Below, in pieces: positions 19,571 through 27,693 of a stretch of 61,028 bases of DNA. Origin of the DNA: a virus; the UHGV virus genome UHGV-0011871. The stretch is one strand, 5' to 3'. The notes beneath the pieces were generated by a model. It was not told the origin of the DNA and searched no databases. It saw only the letters and a program-made list of their open reading frames with translations. Within the stretch, counting starts at the first letter, position 1, and each line of letters begins with the position of its first letter. Both the position numbers and the translations under genes were made by a program.

Positions 19571-20300
19571 CAACGGTTTGACCCGTTTCCAGGCGTTTCC
19601 AACTAGCCATAAACTACGTTATGTAAACTAGACCGGAATGCCTCGAAGTGGCTTCGGCCTTACAGCCCCAACGGTTGCAGCCGTTTGCCCACCGAATCAT
19701 AATAACTTCCCATTGCGTATATACCCCTACCATACGGGACTATCGTACTATATCCGACACTATGCCCGAGTCAATACGTATACCCCCAATATCTGACGGA
19801 TGCCCGTCTGCTGAACGGTTTGCCCGATGTTTTGGCGTACATGACCGAGTGCCTATAGCGTACTCATACCATGCCCTGTACGTTGCCTATACGTGTAATA
19901 CCGTATACCGTATACCCTATCGATGCCCAAACGTCTTTTTTCGCCTTTAATAGAAGGAACTGGCACGGATACAACGAAGATCGACTATATATAACGTTAC
20001 ACAATCGCTGATATACCAACGGTTTAACACGTTTATATCGAGTGTTATTTATCGCTTATTTACTTGTGTTTTCTAGGTTGTCTATTGATACGAGCGAAGC
20101 GAAGTATAGTCTCTTATATACGTTGTTACCGTTGTATATACGTTAATACGTGTACAACCGTTGTCCCCGTTGACTTCTCAATATATAGTGGGACTACGCC
20201 GGTAAAATATAACCTATGGAACGAAAAAACTTTTTATTTTCGTAAAAAACGTGTAAAAACCCCGTCATATCAACGTTTGCAGCGTTTCATAAAACGTCGA
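19571..20300. repeat. dispersed AACGGTTT-N4-CGTTT repeats in the non-coding region upstream of terS
   Basis: Copies at 19571-19600, 19669-19690, 20017-20037, 20156-20175 and 20269-20300. Related copies at 196-262 and 60993-61020. Confidence 0.5.
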
Positions 20301-20439
20301 TCTTCGATGAAAAACGAAATAAAACGAAATTAATACTTGCAATCGAAAGTACACGGTTATATAATTGCATTAGCCAGTTAGGAACGGCACGGAAACGATG
20401 CCTACCGACACGGCAACGAAAAAGAATTTTCGAAAGTTG

Positions 20440-20469
20440 TTGACACGGTTTAAGAGTCGATGCTATACT
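20440..20469 (+). promoter_or_regulatory. early promoter P1 (TTGACA-N18-TATACT)
   Basis: The -35 is TTGACA at 20440-20445 and the -10 is TATACT at 20464-20469, with an upstream A-tract. Confidence 0.6.
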
Positions 20470-20543
20470 GAAAAGGAATCAGCGACACGGCACGGTAAAC
20501 GTCAGTCGGGTTGTAACGATTCAAAAATAGTTTTAAAAAGTTG

Positions 20544-20573
20544 TTGACACGAAGAATGAGTCGATGCTACAAT
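20544..20573 (+). promoter_or_regulatory. early promoter P2 (TTGACA-N18-TACAAT)
   Basis: -35 at 20544-20549 and -10 at 20568-20573. Shares the spacer motif CGAAGAATGAGTCGATGC. Confidence 0.6.
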
Positions 20574-20662
20574 AAAAGGGAATCAACGGCTGTACGGCTT
20601 GCTAGTACGATTGAGTTCGGAAACCTACCGAAACGGCTGAAAAAAGATTGTCGAAAAAGTAG

Positions 20663-20692
20663 TTGACACGAACAATGAGTCAATGATACAAT
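20663..20692 (+). promoter_or_regulatory. early promoter P3 (TTGACA-N18-TACAAT)
   Basis: -35 at 20663-20668 and -10 at 20687-20692. Confidence 0.6.
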
Positions 20693-20770
20693 GAAAGAGT
20701 CGAAGGCAAGCCGGATGCAGAAGCCGGAAACCCGACACGGATAACGACTTGAAAGTTTTTTAAAAAGTAG

Positions 20771-20800
20771 TTGACACGAAATTAGTGTCATGGTAAACTA
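20771..20800 (+). promoter_or_regulatory. early promoter P4 (TTGACA-N18-TAAACT)
   Basis: -35 at 20771-20776 and -10 at 20795-20800. Confidence 0.5.
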
Positions 20801-21156
20801 AGGTTACAACGTCACACAAGCCAAGCGAAGCAAGGTCACAACGTCACTAAGTTTCGATCTTTGACATAACCCTATATTCGGACTCTATCGAAGTGCTGAA
20901 TCCGACGACGAAAACAAGCGAACCCGCACGTTAACAAACGAGTGGCAAGCGGTAACTAGTCGACTACTACCCGAATGGATAGGCACTACTAAATCGTCCT
21001 TTATCGATAGCATGTTAAGCGAAGCGGAACCTTAAAGGTTGCGGTGACGGGCGGTAAAAAACCCCGAGCGACGGACTAAGGCTGAACAGATTTCGTGAAC
21101 ATGAAGTGCTTACCTCGTCTTTAAGCGAATGGGCTTACGAAAGGAGGGTCGATCTT

Positions 21157-21246
21157 ATGCAAAATAAGCGGATTTTTTACCTTGGGACTCGTGTATCAAT
21201 CGTAGTTAAGTCGAAGAACAAACGAAGAGGAGTGATAAACTGGTAA
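21157..21246 (+). CDS. possible leader peptide (29 aa) in the early leader
   Basis: A strong RBS (AAGGAGGG) sits 9 nt upstream of the ATG. Not in the ORF track (<60 aa). Confidence 0.25.
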   Translation: MQNKRIFYLGTRVSIVVKSKNKRRGVINW

Positions 21247-21337
21247 CGATACATCAAGCGGTTACATAACTAATCTATCGGATACCCCATTCGTTTAAAG
21301 ATGCGGTAAGTAAACATAAAATATGGAGGCGATACCT

Positions 21338-21565
21338 ATGAACAAACTAGAAGAACGAGTATTTGCAGCGTGTGCATGGAATCAAGCGAATGACAGCAAC
21401 GGTGAATTCCTGGAATTGTGGGCGGAGTATATCCGAGAGGAACTGACAATCGTACTACTAATAGACATCGTAAACAATGCGACAATGCAGGCATACGAGG
21501 ACTTATACACAAGCGGAAACATTGCGGATGCGAACGAAGTCAAAAAATATATCGTGGAGGTATGA
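21338..21565 (+). CDS. hypothetical early protein
   Basis: The ATG at 21338 has an RBS (TGGAGGCG); first gene of the early operon. Confidence 0.5.
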   Translation: MNKLEERVFAACAWNQANDSNGEFLELWAEYIREELTIVLLIDIVNNATMQAYEDLYTSGNIADANEVKKYIVEV

Positions 21566-21569
21566 GAAA

Positions 21570-21824
21570 ATGGAAAAACGGGAAGTGGTAGCGGTAATAA
21601 CGGTGACAAACGTATCGGCGGTGCTTATATACGAAGCCGAAAGCGACTATGTAGTAGCATCGTTGGCAGTAGGTGACTCGATTGACGAGCCGGAGACATA
21701 CGAGATTCAATACGAGTTACCCGAGGACGCAGACGAAGAGGACGAAGACATCGAATACGAGCCGGTATTCTACATGGGTGAATGGCGGATGTCACTGAAC
21801 CACGCAATGAGAGTACAAAGGTAG
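21570..21824 (+). CDS. hypothetical acidic early protein
   Basis: ATG at 21570 after a GGAGG; the protein is very acidic ('PEDADEEDEDIEYEP'). Confidence 0.5.
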   Translation: MEKREVVAVITVTNVSAVLIYEAESDYVVASLAVGDSIDEPETYEIQYELPEDADEEDEDIEYEPVFYMGEWRMSLNHAMRVQR

Positions 21825-21916
21825 CCACGCTGACGAGTCCTAGCGAGGACGAAACGGTCGACAAGACCGTCCGTGGATAGGTACCACGAACATTATACGA
21901 TAAGGGGACGATATAC

Positions 21917-22489
21917 ATGATTAGCGTAGCACTTACAAACTTAGGAAAATACAACGAAGGGACATTGGATTACGTATGGCTAGACTTACCGGCAACTGAC
22001 GAAGATATTGCGGAGGCATTCAAAACTATCGGAGTAGCTGACGGCACCGAATACGAGGAACATTTCTTGAGCGACTGGGACGCACCGGACTTCTTCGAAG
22101 TGGGTCAGTACTCGAGCGTGACAAAACTCAACGAATTAGCTGCAAAACTGGCGGAGATCGACGGCTTGGAGTCTATCTTTGACGGGACATACGAAGCAGG
22201 CGACATCGTAAACCTAGCCCACGAACTGGAAGCACAAGGACATATTCAAGATGCACACGACTATGTCGGGGACATCGTTTCAGACGAAGAACTTGACGAA
22301 ATGGTAAGACATGAGGCGGAATCAGGCGGATGGCAACGTGTGGCACACTTCCTAGACGGAATCAAATACATGTCGGAGGACTACTACTACATTAACGGAT
22401 ACGCAAACGCTGAGAACTTGTCGCAAGTCACGCTCGATGCAATCGTAGACGACATGATGAACGAAATAAAACGCAACTTAGAGGTATAA
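21917..22489 (+). CDS. ardA: ArdA-like anti-restriction protein (DNA mimic)
   Basis: The N-terminal 'LGKYNEGTLDYVWLDLPATDEDIAEAF...EEHFLSDWDAPDFF' matches the ArdA signature (KYN.G.L.G.WLDL ... D.EF ... F.DWEG.P). The protein is highly acidic. Confidence 0.7.
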   Translation: MISVALTNLGKYNEGTLDYVWLDLPATDEDIAEAFKTIGVADGTEYEEHFLSDWDAPDFFEVGQYSSVTKLNELAAKLAEIDGLESIFDGTYEAGDIVNLAHELEAQGHIQDAHDYVGDIVSDEELDEMVRHEAESGGWQRVAHFLDGIKYMSEDYYYINGYANAENLSQVTLDAIVDDMMNEIKRNLEV

Positions 22490-22584
22490 CAGGAGGCTTC
22501 CTGCCTCTTGCCGGACATCCGAAACGCTCGGGTACTCGGCAAGCGTTGGGAGGCGCTTATTAACTACGAAGGAGTGGAAACGAG

Positions 22585-22836
22585 ATGAACGAACTGACAA
22601 TAGTTGAGGAACTCGAGGACTTAGGTGTGCATGACGTGGAGGTCGAAAGCGTGGACGGTCACGCTGTTTACTACTACGGGATTCAATATGGAGTGCCTCA
22701 CGAATACAAGGCGGTAAGGTGCGACATGGCAGACGGTATCGAAATTTACCATCGGCATGAAGGCATGGAGGATTGGTACTACATGGTATTCATTGAAGAC
22801 GAAAACACTGAGGAGGACGATTGGGAATGGGAATGA
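22585..22836 (+). CDS. hypothetical acidic early protein
   Basis: 83 aa with an RBS (AAGGAGTGG). The C-terminus is 'EEDDWEWE'. Confidence 0.5.
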   Translation: MNELTIVEELEDLGVHDVEVESVDGHAVYYYGIQYGVPHEYKAVRCDMADGIEIYHRHEGMEDWYYMVFIEDENTEEDDWEWE

Positions 22837-23054
22837 TTAGCTGCGAATTCAAGACGGCACAAGAGGCGATTAGATACGCTCAGTCACACGGAGGATGGCT
22901 TTACTATCGATTGGAGGACGGTCACACGTTTTGGCACTGTCCGAGGACGTACATGATGCATGAAATTCTGCGGAAACATGCAGGCTCTGGCTACTGTAGT
23001 GCGTGGGTTGGTATGGAAGAATACGTAAACAATTTGGAGGCGAAATTATTATGA
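22827..23054 (+). CDS. hypothetical early protein
   Basis: ATG 10 nt after an AGGAGG; overlaps the upstream stop. Confidence 0.45.
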   Translation: MGMISCEFKTAQEAIRYAQSHGGWLYYRLEDGHTFWHCPRTYMMHEILRKHAGSGYCSAWVGMEEYVNNLEAKLL

Positions 23055-23587
23055 AAACAATCGTAAAAACATTCGAGGTATTCGAACTAAGCGAACTGAA
23101 AGGCGTGAACTACCGCAATGCGTTAGATGCGGTATCACGTCAGGCGTCCGAAGATTGGGCAGAATTTGAATCATACGAGTTGCTCGAGTCACTGAAAGAA
23201 TCTGCGGAACATTTCGGAATGAAAGTGACGGACTATTCCATCGGACTCTATGATCGATCTTACGTAAAAGTTGAGACAGGATACTTCGAAGAGGAACAGG
23301 CGGAACATGCAGTACAATGGATTGCGGATAACTACAAGGAAGGTGCGGACGGTACGTGTCCTTTCACTGGCGTATACTTCGATTGCTTCTTCTTCGACTA
23401 CTTCGTTAAGAACGGAGTACCAACGGAGGACAACGTCAAGGACGAGATTGTACGGGCAATCGGTTACATGCTCGAGACAGCCGTTGACAATGCCGAAAAA
23501 GATATGATGGACGATGACAGCCTATTGGACTACGCAATCAGCAATGAACTTTCTTTCTTATCAGACGGTGCAATTTATCACGGGTAA
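23051..23587 (+). CDS. hypothetical acidic early protein
   Basis: ATGA overlap with the upstream gene; RBS (GGAGGCG); 178 aa, acidic. Confidence 0.5.
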   Translation: MKTIVKTFEVFELSELKGVNYRNALDAVSRQASEDWAEFESYELLESLKESAEHFGMKVTDYSIGLYDRSYVKVETGYFEEEQAEHAVQWIADNYKEGADGTCPFTGVYFDCFFFDYFVKNGVPTEDNVKDEIVRAIGYMLETAVDNAEKDMMDDDSLLDYAISNELSFLSDGAIYHG

Positions 23588-23615
23588 CTGACACGAATTA
23601 TGAGTCGAATAAAAT
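23587..23615 (+). promoter_or_regulatory. internal early promoter P5 (CTGACA-N17-TAAAAT)
   Basis: Same family as P1-P4: 'CTGACACGAATTATGAGTCGAATAAAAT'. Confidence 0.45.
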
Positions 23616-23632
23616 AATCGGAGGCGGTAACA

Positions 23633-24085
23633 ATGAAAAAACAAAGATACTTTATACGAATCAAAGACGGCACACTTGGCGGAGAACGTGGACACATTTA
23701 CAAAGAGGCGACAAACGTCTTCCTTCCCGATGGCTTCGTAGCTTACACGAATGAATACAGTACGATGCCGGACGCTATCGAAGTGCATCCGGCAGACGAA
23801 CTCAGGGTAATTACGGCAGACCAATACAACCGAATTGCTGCCTGTGTCATGGAAGGTGTCGAAGCCGGACACGAAATCAAGGCGGTCATGGTTGCGGTAG
23901 AAGCCGAGGACAAAATCCTCGATAAAGTGGCGGAGTTTAAACGGGTAGCATCCGAGTTATACAGCCTGTGGGAACCCATTCCCTTCGCCTCTCCGGTTAA
24001 TCAACTACTAACCGATACGTACCCATTCGACAAGGATTTCCAGGAGGTTCTCGATGAAATTTGCAGGTGGGGAAATCGTAAGTAA
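23633..24085 (+). CDS. hypothetical early protein
   Basis: RBS (GGAGGCGG). Confidence 0.5.
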   Translation: MKKQRYFIRIKDGTLGGERGHIYKEATNVFLPDGFVAYTNEYSTMPDAIEVHPADELRVITADQYNRIAACVMEGVEAGHEIKAVMVAVEAEDKILDKVAEFKRVASELYSLWEPIPFASPVNQLLTDTYPFDKDFQEVLDEICRWGNRK

Positions 24086-24165
24086 TGCACGGGACTCCCG
24101 TCCCTTGTCTTGCGTCTGCTACGGCAGGCTCGAGCCAAGCGTTGGGAGGCGCTGAGAAATAATTG

Positions 24166-24194
24166 TTGACACGATATACGAGTCGTGATAATAT
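24166..24194 (+). promoter_or_regulatory. internal early promoter P6 (TTGACA-N17-TGnTAATAT, extended -10)
   Basis: 'TTGACACGATATACGAGTCGTGATAATAT' has the same -35-proximal 'TTGACACGA' and the 'GAGTCG' spacer core as P1-P5. Confidence 0.55.
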
Positions 24195-24228
24195 GTATTC
24201 AAGCGATCATAAACGAGGAGGAAACGAA

Positions 24229-24699
24229 ATGAAAAACGAAATGTACACTAGAGGGGTATTTACACCAACGGCACACGTTATCTGCTACAACTGCCACGAC
24301 ACAAGTTACAGACCATCCGATAAATTGGCGGACTCAAGCAAGCGACCATTGCAGGAAGGTAACGGGGTTACAAAGTGCGACATGTGCGGAACTGACATCC
24401 AGTTAGACTCAAGCGTAGCCGAGGAACATAATCTAGTAGCCGAGTTTAAAGCGCTAGGATTCGATGCGGTAATGGCACAAACTGGCGGTATGAATAGTGC
24501 ATGTGAGATTAATACGAAGGTTGAAGACGGTAAAATTATCGAATGGGTATCGATAACATTCGACTACTGCGGAGACTCGGAGTATGCAGCCTTGCACATT
24601 CTCGAGGAAGGCGACGACTGGGAGGACATCGTTTGTACTACGGACAAGGCGGAGTTTATGAAAGCTATCACGGAATTCGTGACGAAGGAGGAAAAGTAA
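24229..24699 (+). CDS. zinc-ribbon early protein
   Basis: ATG after a GGAGGAAACGAA RBS; CxxC ... CxxC. Confidence 0.5.
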   Translation: MKNEMYTRGVFTPTAHVICYNCHDTSYRPSDKLADSSKRPLQEGNGVTKCDMCGTDIQLDSSVAEEHNLVAEFKALGFDAVMAQTGGMNSACEINTKVEDGKIIEWVSITFDYCGDSEYAALHILEEGDDWEDIVCTTDKAEFMKAITEFVTKEEK

Positions 24700-25208
24700 T
24701 GATACTGAAAAGGTTTTATATAGACGGAATTGACGATAGCAACGCATTTTGGGGTTACTCAGTAGGCAAAACGTGGAACGGATGGGCGATGCCTTTGTTC
24801 TTGAAGGAACAAGCCGACAAGGTTGCGGAAGCATTCACCGCACAAGGCGATACTGTTACGTACAATCCACAAACGGATTCATTCATCGTATTACTGGACG
24901 GTGCTGACGAGTATGAAGTATTCAAAGGTGTCGAGATTGACGGGACAACGTACTACCCTATCGGAGCAGGCTCGTGGATATGGGACGAAGAGTACACGAA
25001 AGGCGAAGAACTTCGGGACTTCCGTAAGCATATGTACCATTCGGTCGAAACACTGCAAGACGAACTGGCCAGGCACGGGGACTACGATAACAGGTTCGAT
25101 CTTCACATCGAGTTAAACGGAAAACGTATATCACTGGAAATGTGTGCGGACTTGTACCATCGTTTAGGGAAATTCATTGACGAAACTATCGAGGAGGAAA
25201 GCGAATAA
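24699..25208 (+). CDS. hypothetical early protein
   Basis: TAATG overlap with the upstream gene; RBS (AGGAGGAAAAG). Confidence 0.5.
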   Translation: MILKRFYIDGIDDSNAFWGYSVGKTWNGWAMPLFLKEQADKVAEAFTAQGDTVTYNPQTDSFIVLLDGADEYEVFKGVEIDGTTYYPIGAGSWIWDEEYTKGEELRDFRKHMYHSVETLQDELARHGDYDNRFDLHIELNGKRISLEMCADLYHRLGKFIDETIEEESE

Positions 25209-25483
25209 TGAAAGCGAATCTGACAGCGTTTGGAATGCCAATACTGACGGGCCTACTGCTCGTCGGTCTTTGGATGAACGCACCGGACAGTGGGACGGAA
25301 TGCACCACGGCAGACTACGCTCACATCCCGTATGCCGAGTCTTTTGACTTCCGGTGTACCGAAGACACTATGACGGTTTACAATGCGGAGACGAGCGATG
25401 TAATAGCGACTGAGGCACGATGCAAAACGAACGAAGTTAAAGCCGAAGACGGCACATGTGTACCTGAGGACTTCTACGAATAA
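25208..25483 (+). CDS. small secreted / lipoprotein-like early protein
   Basis: N-terminal signal-like hydrophobic segment; four Cys. Confidence 0.45.
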   Translation: MKANLTAFGMPILTGLLLVGLWMNAPDSGTECTTADYAHIPYAESFDFRCTEDTMTVYNAETSDVIATEARCKTNEVKAEDGTCVPEDFYE

Positions 25484-25502
25484 ACGAAACGAGGCGATAA
25501 CA

Positions 25503-25691
25503 TTGTTAGTATTACTATTTTGGTTCCTCGGTGTTCCGGCAATCATATCGGTGATATGTACCCCGTGGAGAGGTTCCGACTTCCTAATTATGAGCCGGAT
25601 TAAAGCCGTATTCGAATATACAACGGTAGTAATGATGCTCGTAGGATTTATCATGATACTAGGATACTTTGAAGCAAATATGAGAGGATGA
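25503..25691 (+). CDS. small membrane protein
   Basis: TTG start after a GAGGCG; two TM helices. Confidence 0.35.
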   Translation: MLVLLFWFLGVPAIISVICTPWRGSDFLIMSRIKAVFEYTTVVMMLVGFIMILGYFEANMRG

Positions 25692-25697
25692 TAGACG

Positions 25698-26021
25698 ATG
25701 GCAATGAGTAAACGGGACTATGCGGAGTTACTGCGTGACGCTTCGCAATCGATGATGGACGTTGTTAAGGCGATAGACAAACTGTACTATGACGTAGAGC
25801 CACTGGACGACTATAAGGAGTTTGAAGACGAATTGAATCAGACGGCTAAGAGTGCGATTGAGGACGCAATCAACGTACGTCAGATGTTCAAGCGACTAAT
25901 CACACTCGAGGACTTAGCGTTGAAAGTCGATGCAGTAGCCGATCACCTGCATTTAAGTGCCGGAGAAAACGAATACAACGGCGAACTGGACACGGGAATA
26001 CCGTGGAAGAACGAAGATTGA
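25698..26021 (+). CDS. hypothetical early protein
   Basis: RBS (GAGAGGA). Confidence 0.45.
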   Translation: MAMSKRDYAELLRDASQSMMDVVKAIDKLYYDVEPLDDYKEFEDELNQTAKSAIEDAINVRQMFKRLITLEDLALKVDAVADHLHLSAGENEYNGELDTGIPWKNED

Positions 26022-26118
26022 CGGGCATGTCTCCCGTCCCTTGTATAGCATCCGAGCCACCCGTTCGGACGTTATCCAAGCGTTAGGAGACGCTTATAAA
26101 ACACGAGGAGGAATCGTA

Positions 26119-26409
26119 ATGACAACGACTACTAAACAGGAAGCATTTATCACGGAACTTCGCCTGACTGCGATAGCTTTGCAGAAAGCAATCCCGACTA
26201 TGGATGAACTGAACGGGAGATTGTACGAACTGACTCACGAATACGAGCACGAAGTCAATCGGCTTCCCGAGCATGACGAGCAACTGATTCTCGAAGCAAA
26301 GGAAATGTTCATGAACCTTCCGGTGTGGTCAACAATGACAGACGTAGCTAACGGACTTGTCGATCTTGTCAACGATTTAGAAGCGAAGCAAGGCGAAGGC
26401 AAGCAATGA
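26119..26409 (+). CDS. hypothetical early protein
   Basis: ATG after a CGAGGAGGAATCG. Confidence 0.45.
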   Translation: MTTTTKQEAFITELRLTAIALQKAIPTMDELNGRLYELTHEYEHEVNRLPEHDEQLILEAKEMFMNLPVWSTMTDVANGLVDLVNDLEAKQGEGKQ

Positions 26410-26615
26410 CACTAGCCGATAAGATACGGGCACAAGCACGGGTTAAGGCGGTCGAGATACCGCCCCCTGGGGCTACCCAACGATGCAAAGACGCACTAGA
26501 CACGTACTTTTTCGGAGGGACACCGTGCAAGTCCGATGCCTTATGGTTCTACGGATTCGCTACGTTAGCCCTCGTAACAATAATTTTACTCGGCACGATT
26601 AACGTGCTATTATAG
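26406..26615 (+). CDS. small membrane protein
   Basis: ATGA overlap with the upstream gene; C-terminal TM helix. Confidence 0.4.
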   Translation: MTLADKIRAQARVKAVEIPPPGATQRCKDALDTYFFGGTPCKSDALWFYGFATLALVTIILLGTINVLL

Positions 26616-26618
26616 GAG

Positions 26619-26876
26619 GTGACATGCATTATGGGAGTGAAACAATTGATTCAATCTAACCTGAAAGAACTGTTACACGCTAGACGGCTGACGATTCGTG
26701 AGTTCTCACGTATGATCGACTACCGATTCGAGTCTGTACGTCAACTGTATAACAACGAATCCAAGCAGGTTCCGCTAGCCCTAGTCGAACGGGTTTGTTT
26801 GGAACTTCGCATAACTCCGGGCGAACTATTCACGGTGATAGACGCTAACGGAGAGGCAATACAACCGAAGCACTAA
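26619..26876 (+). CDS. XRE-family HTH transcriptional regulator
   Basis: 'LTIREFSRMIDYRFESVRQLYNNESKQVPLALVERVCLELRITPGELF' is a typical HTH_3 fold; RBS (AGGAGGTG). Confidence 0.6.
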   Translation: MTCIMGVKQLIQSNLKELLHARRLTIREFSRMIDYRFESVRQLYNNESKQVPLALVERVCLELRITPGELFTVIDANGEAIQPKH

Positions 26877-26903
26877 ATCATACGAACAAACGGAGGGGAA
26901 ACG

Positions 26904-27080
26904 ATGCAAGAGTACATGATAGGAACGCATAAGTTCGAATGTAACGATGAAACCGAGGCGTTACGTATAGCAAAGCGTACCATGTTCGAAAAAGGATGGC
27001 GCAATCTTCGCTTATTGCGAAAAGAAACTGACGGATGGAACGTATGCCAAGTGATACCTAGCTTCAATACTAATCGATAA
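26904..27080 (+). CDS. hypothetical small protein (58 aa)
   Basis: Not in the ORF track. RBS (GGAGGGG), 4 nt spacer, then ATG. Confidence 0.35.
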   Translation: MQEYMIGTHKFECNDETEALRIAKRTMFEKGWRNLRLLRKETDGWNVCQVIPSFNTNR

Positions 27081-27102
27081 AAACAAAAGGGGAGAAAACA
27101 AA

Positions 27103-27681
27103 ATGGCAAAAGCAGAAAAAGTAAAGAAACCGTTCTACAAAAAATGGTGGGTATGGGTACTCGCAATTATCGTTATAGCTGCATTCGCAGGTGGTGGCGA
27201 GGAAGCCGAGGAAACATCCACGTCCAATCAAACGAACCAAAAAGAGGAAAAAGCGAGTAAGAAAGAGGAAGTCGTAGGCATGGGCGAAGCGATTAAAGTC
27301 GGTGACGTTGTATTCACGGTACACGGCAAGGAAACAGCGAAGACAATCGGCGATCAATACGTAGGGCAAGACGCACAAGGAACGTATCTAATACTCGATG
27401 TCACGGTTAAGAACGAAGGCAAAGAAGCGATAACAACCGATTCATCGTTCTTCAAACTGAAAGCAGGCGAATCGACTTACGACTCAGACGGGACAGCCGA
27501 CATGTATATCAACGATGCAAACAATATGTTCTTCCTCGCTAAAGTAAATCCAGGCAACGAGACACGAGGCAAGATAGCATTCGATGTCAACGATGCAGTT
27601 ATCAACGCTACTGATACGGTAGTCAACGTACAAACGGGTGCCTTCGGTACCGAACAAGCGCAAATTAAAATCGCTGAATAA
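27103..27681 (+). CDS. DUF4352-like membrane-anchored protein
   Basis: N-terminal TM helix followed by a beta-rich domain with 'VGDVVFTVHG...YLILDVTVKNEGKEA...', resembling DUF4352. Confidence 0.5.
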   Translation: MAKAEKVKKPFYKKWWVWVLAIIVIAAFAGGGEEAEETSTSNQTNQKEEKASKKEEVVGMGEAIKVGDVVFTVHGKETAKTIGDQYVGQDAQGTYLILDVTVKNEGKEAITTDSSFFKLKAGESTYDSDGTADMYINDANNMFFLAKVNPGNETRGKIAFDVNDAVINATDTVVNVQTGAFGTEQAQIKIAE

Positions 27682-27693
27682 CGCAAAAAAAAT

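Noticed and set aside
19392-19950. ORFs of 72, 65 and 100 aa in the terS-upstream region
   Set aside because: They overlap each other and the repeat-rich GC-skewed non-coding region, and have no RBS. The region is better explained as pac/cos/iteron DNA.
20340-20800. Regularly spaced ~110-bp repeats that superficially resemble a CRISPR array
   Set aside because: The repeated units are complete sigma-A promoters (TTGACA-N18-TACAAT) all in one orientation. There are no short palindromic repeats with unique spacers. The 74-aa ORF 20567..20791 across them is spurious.
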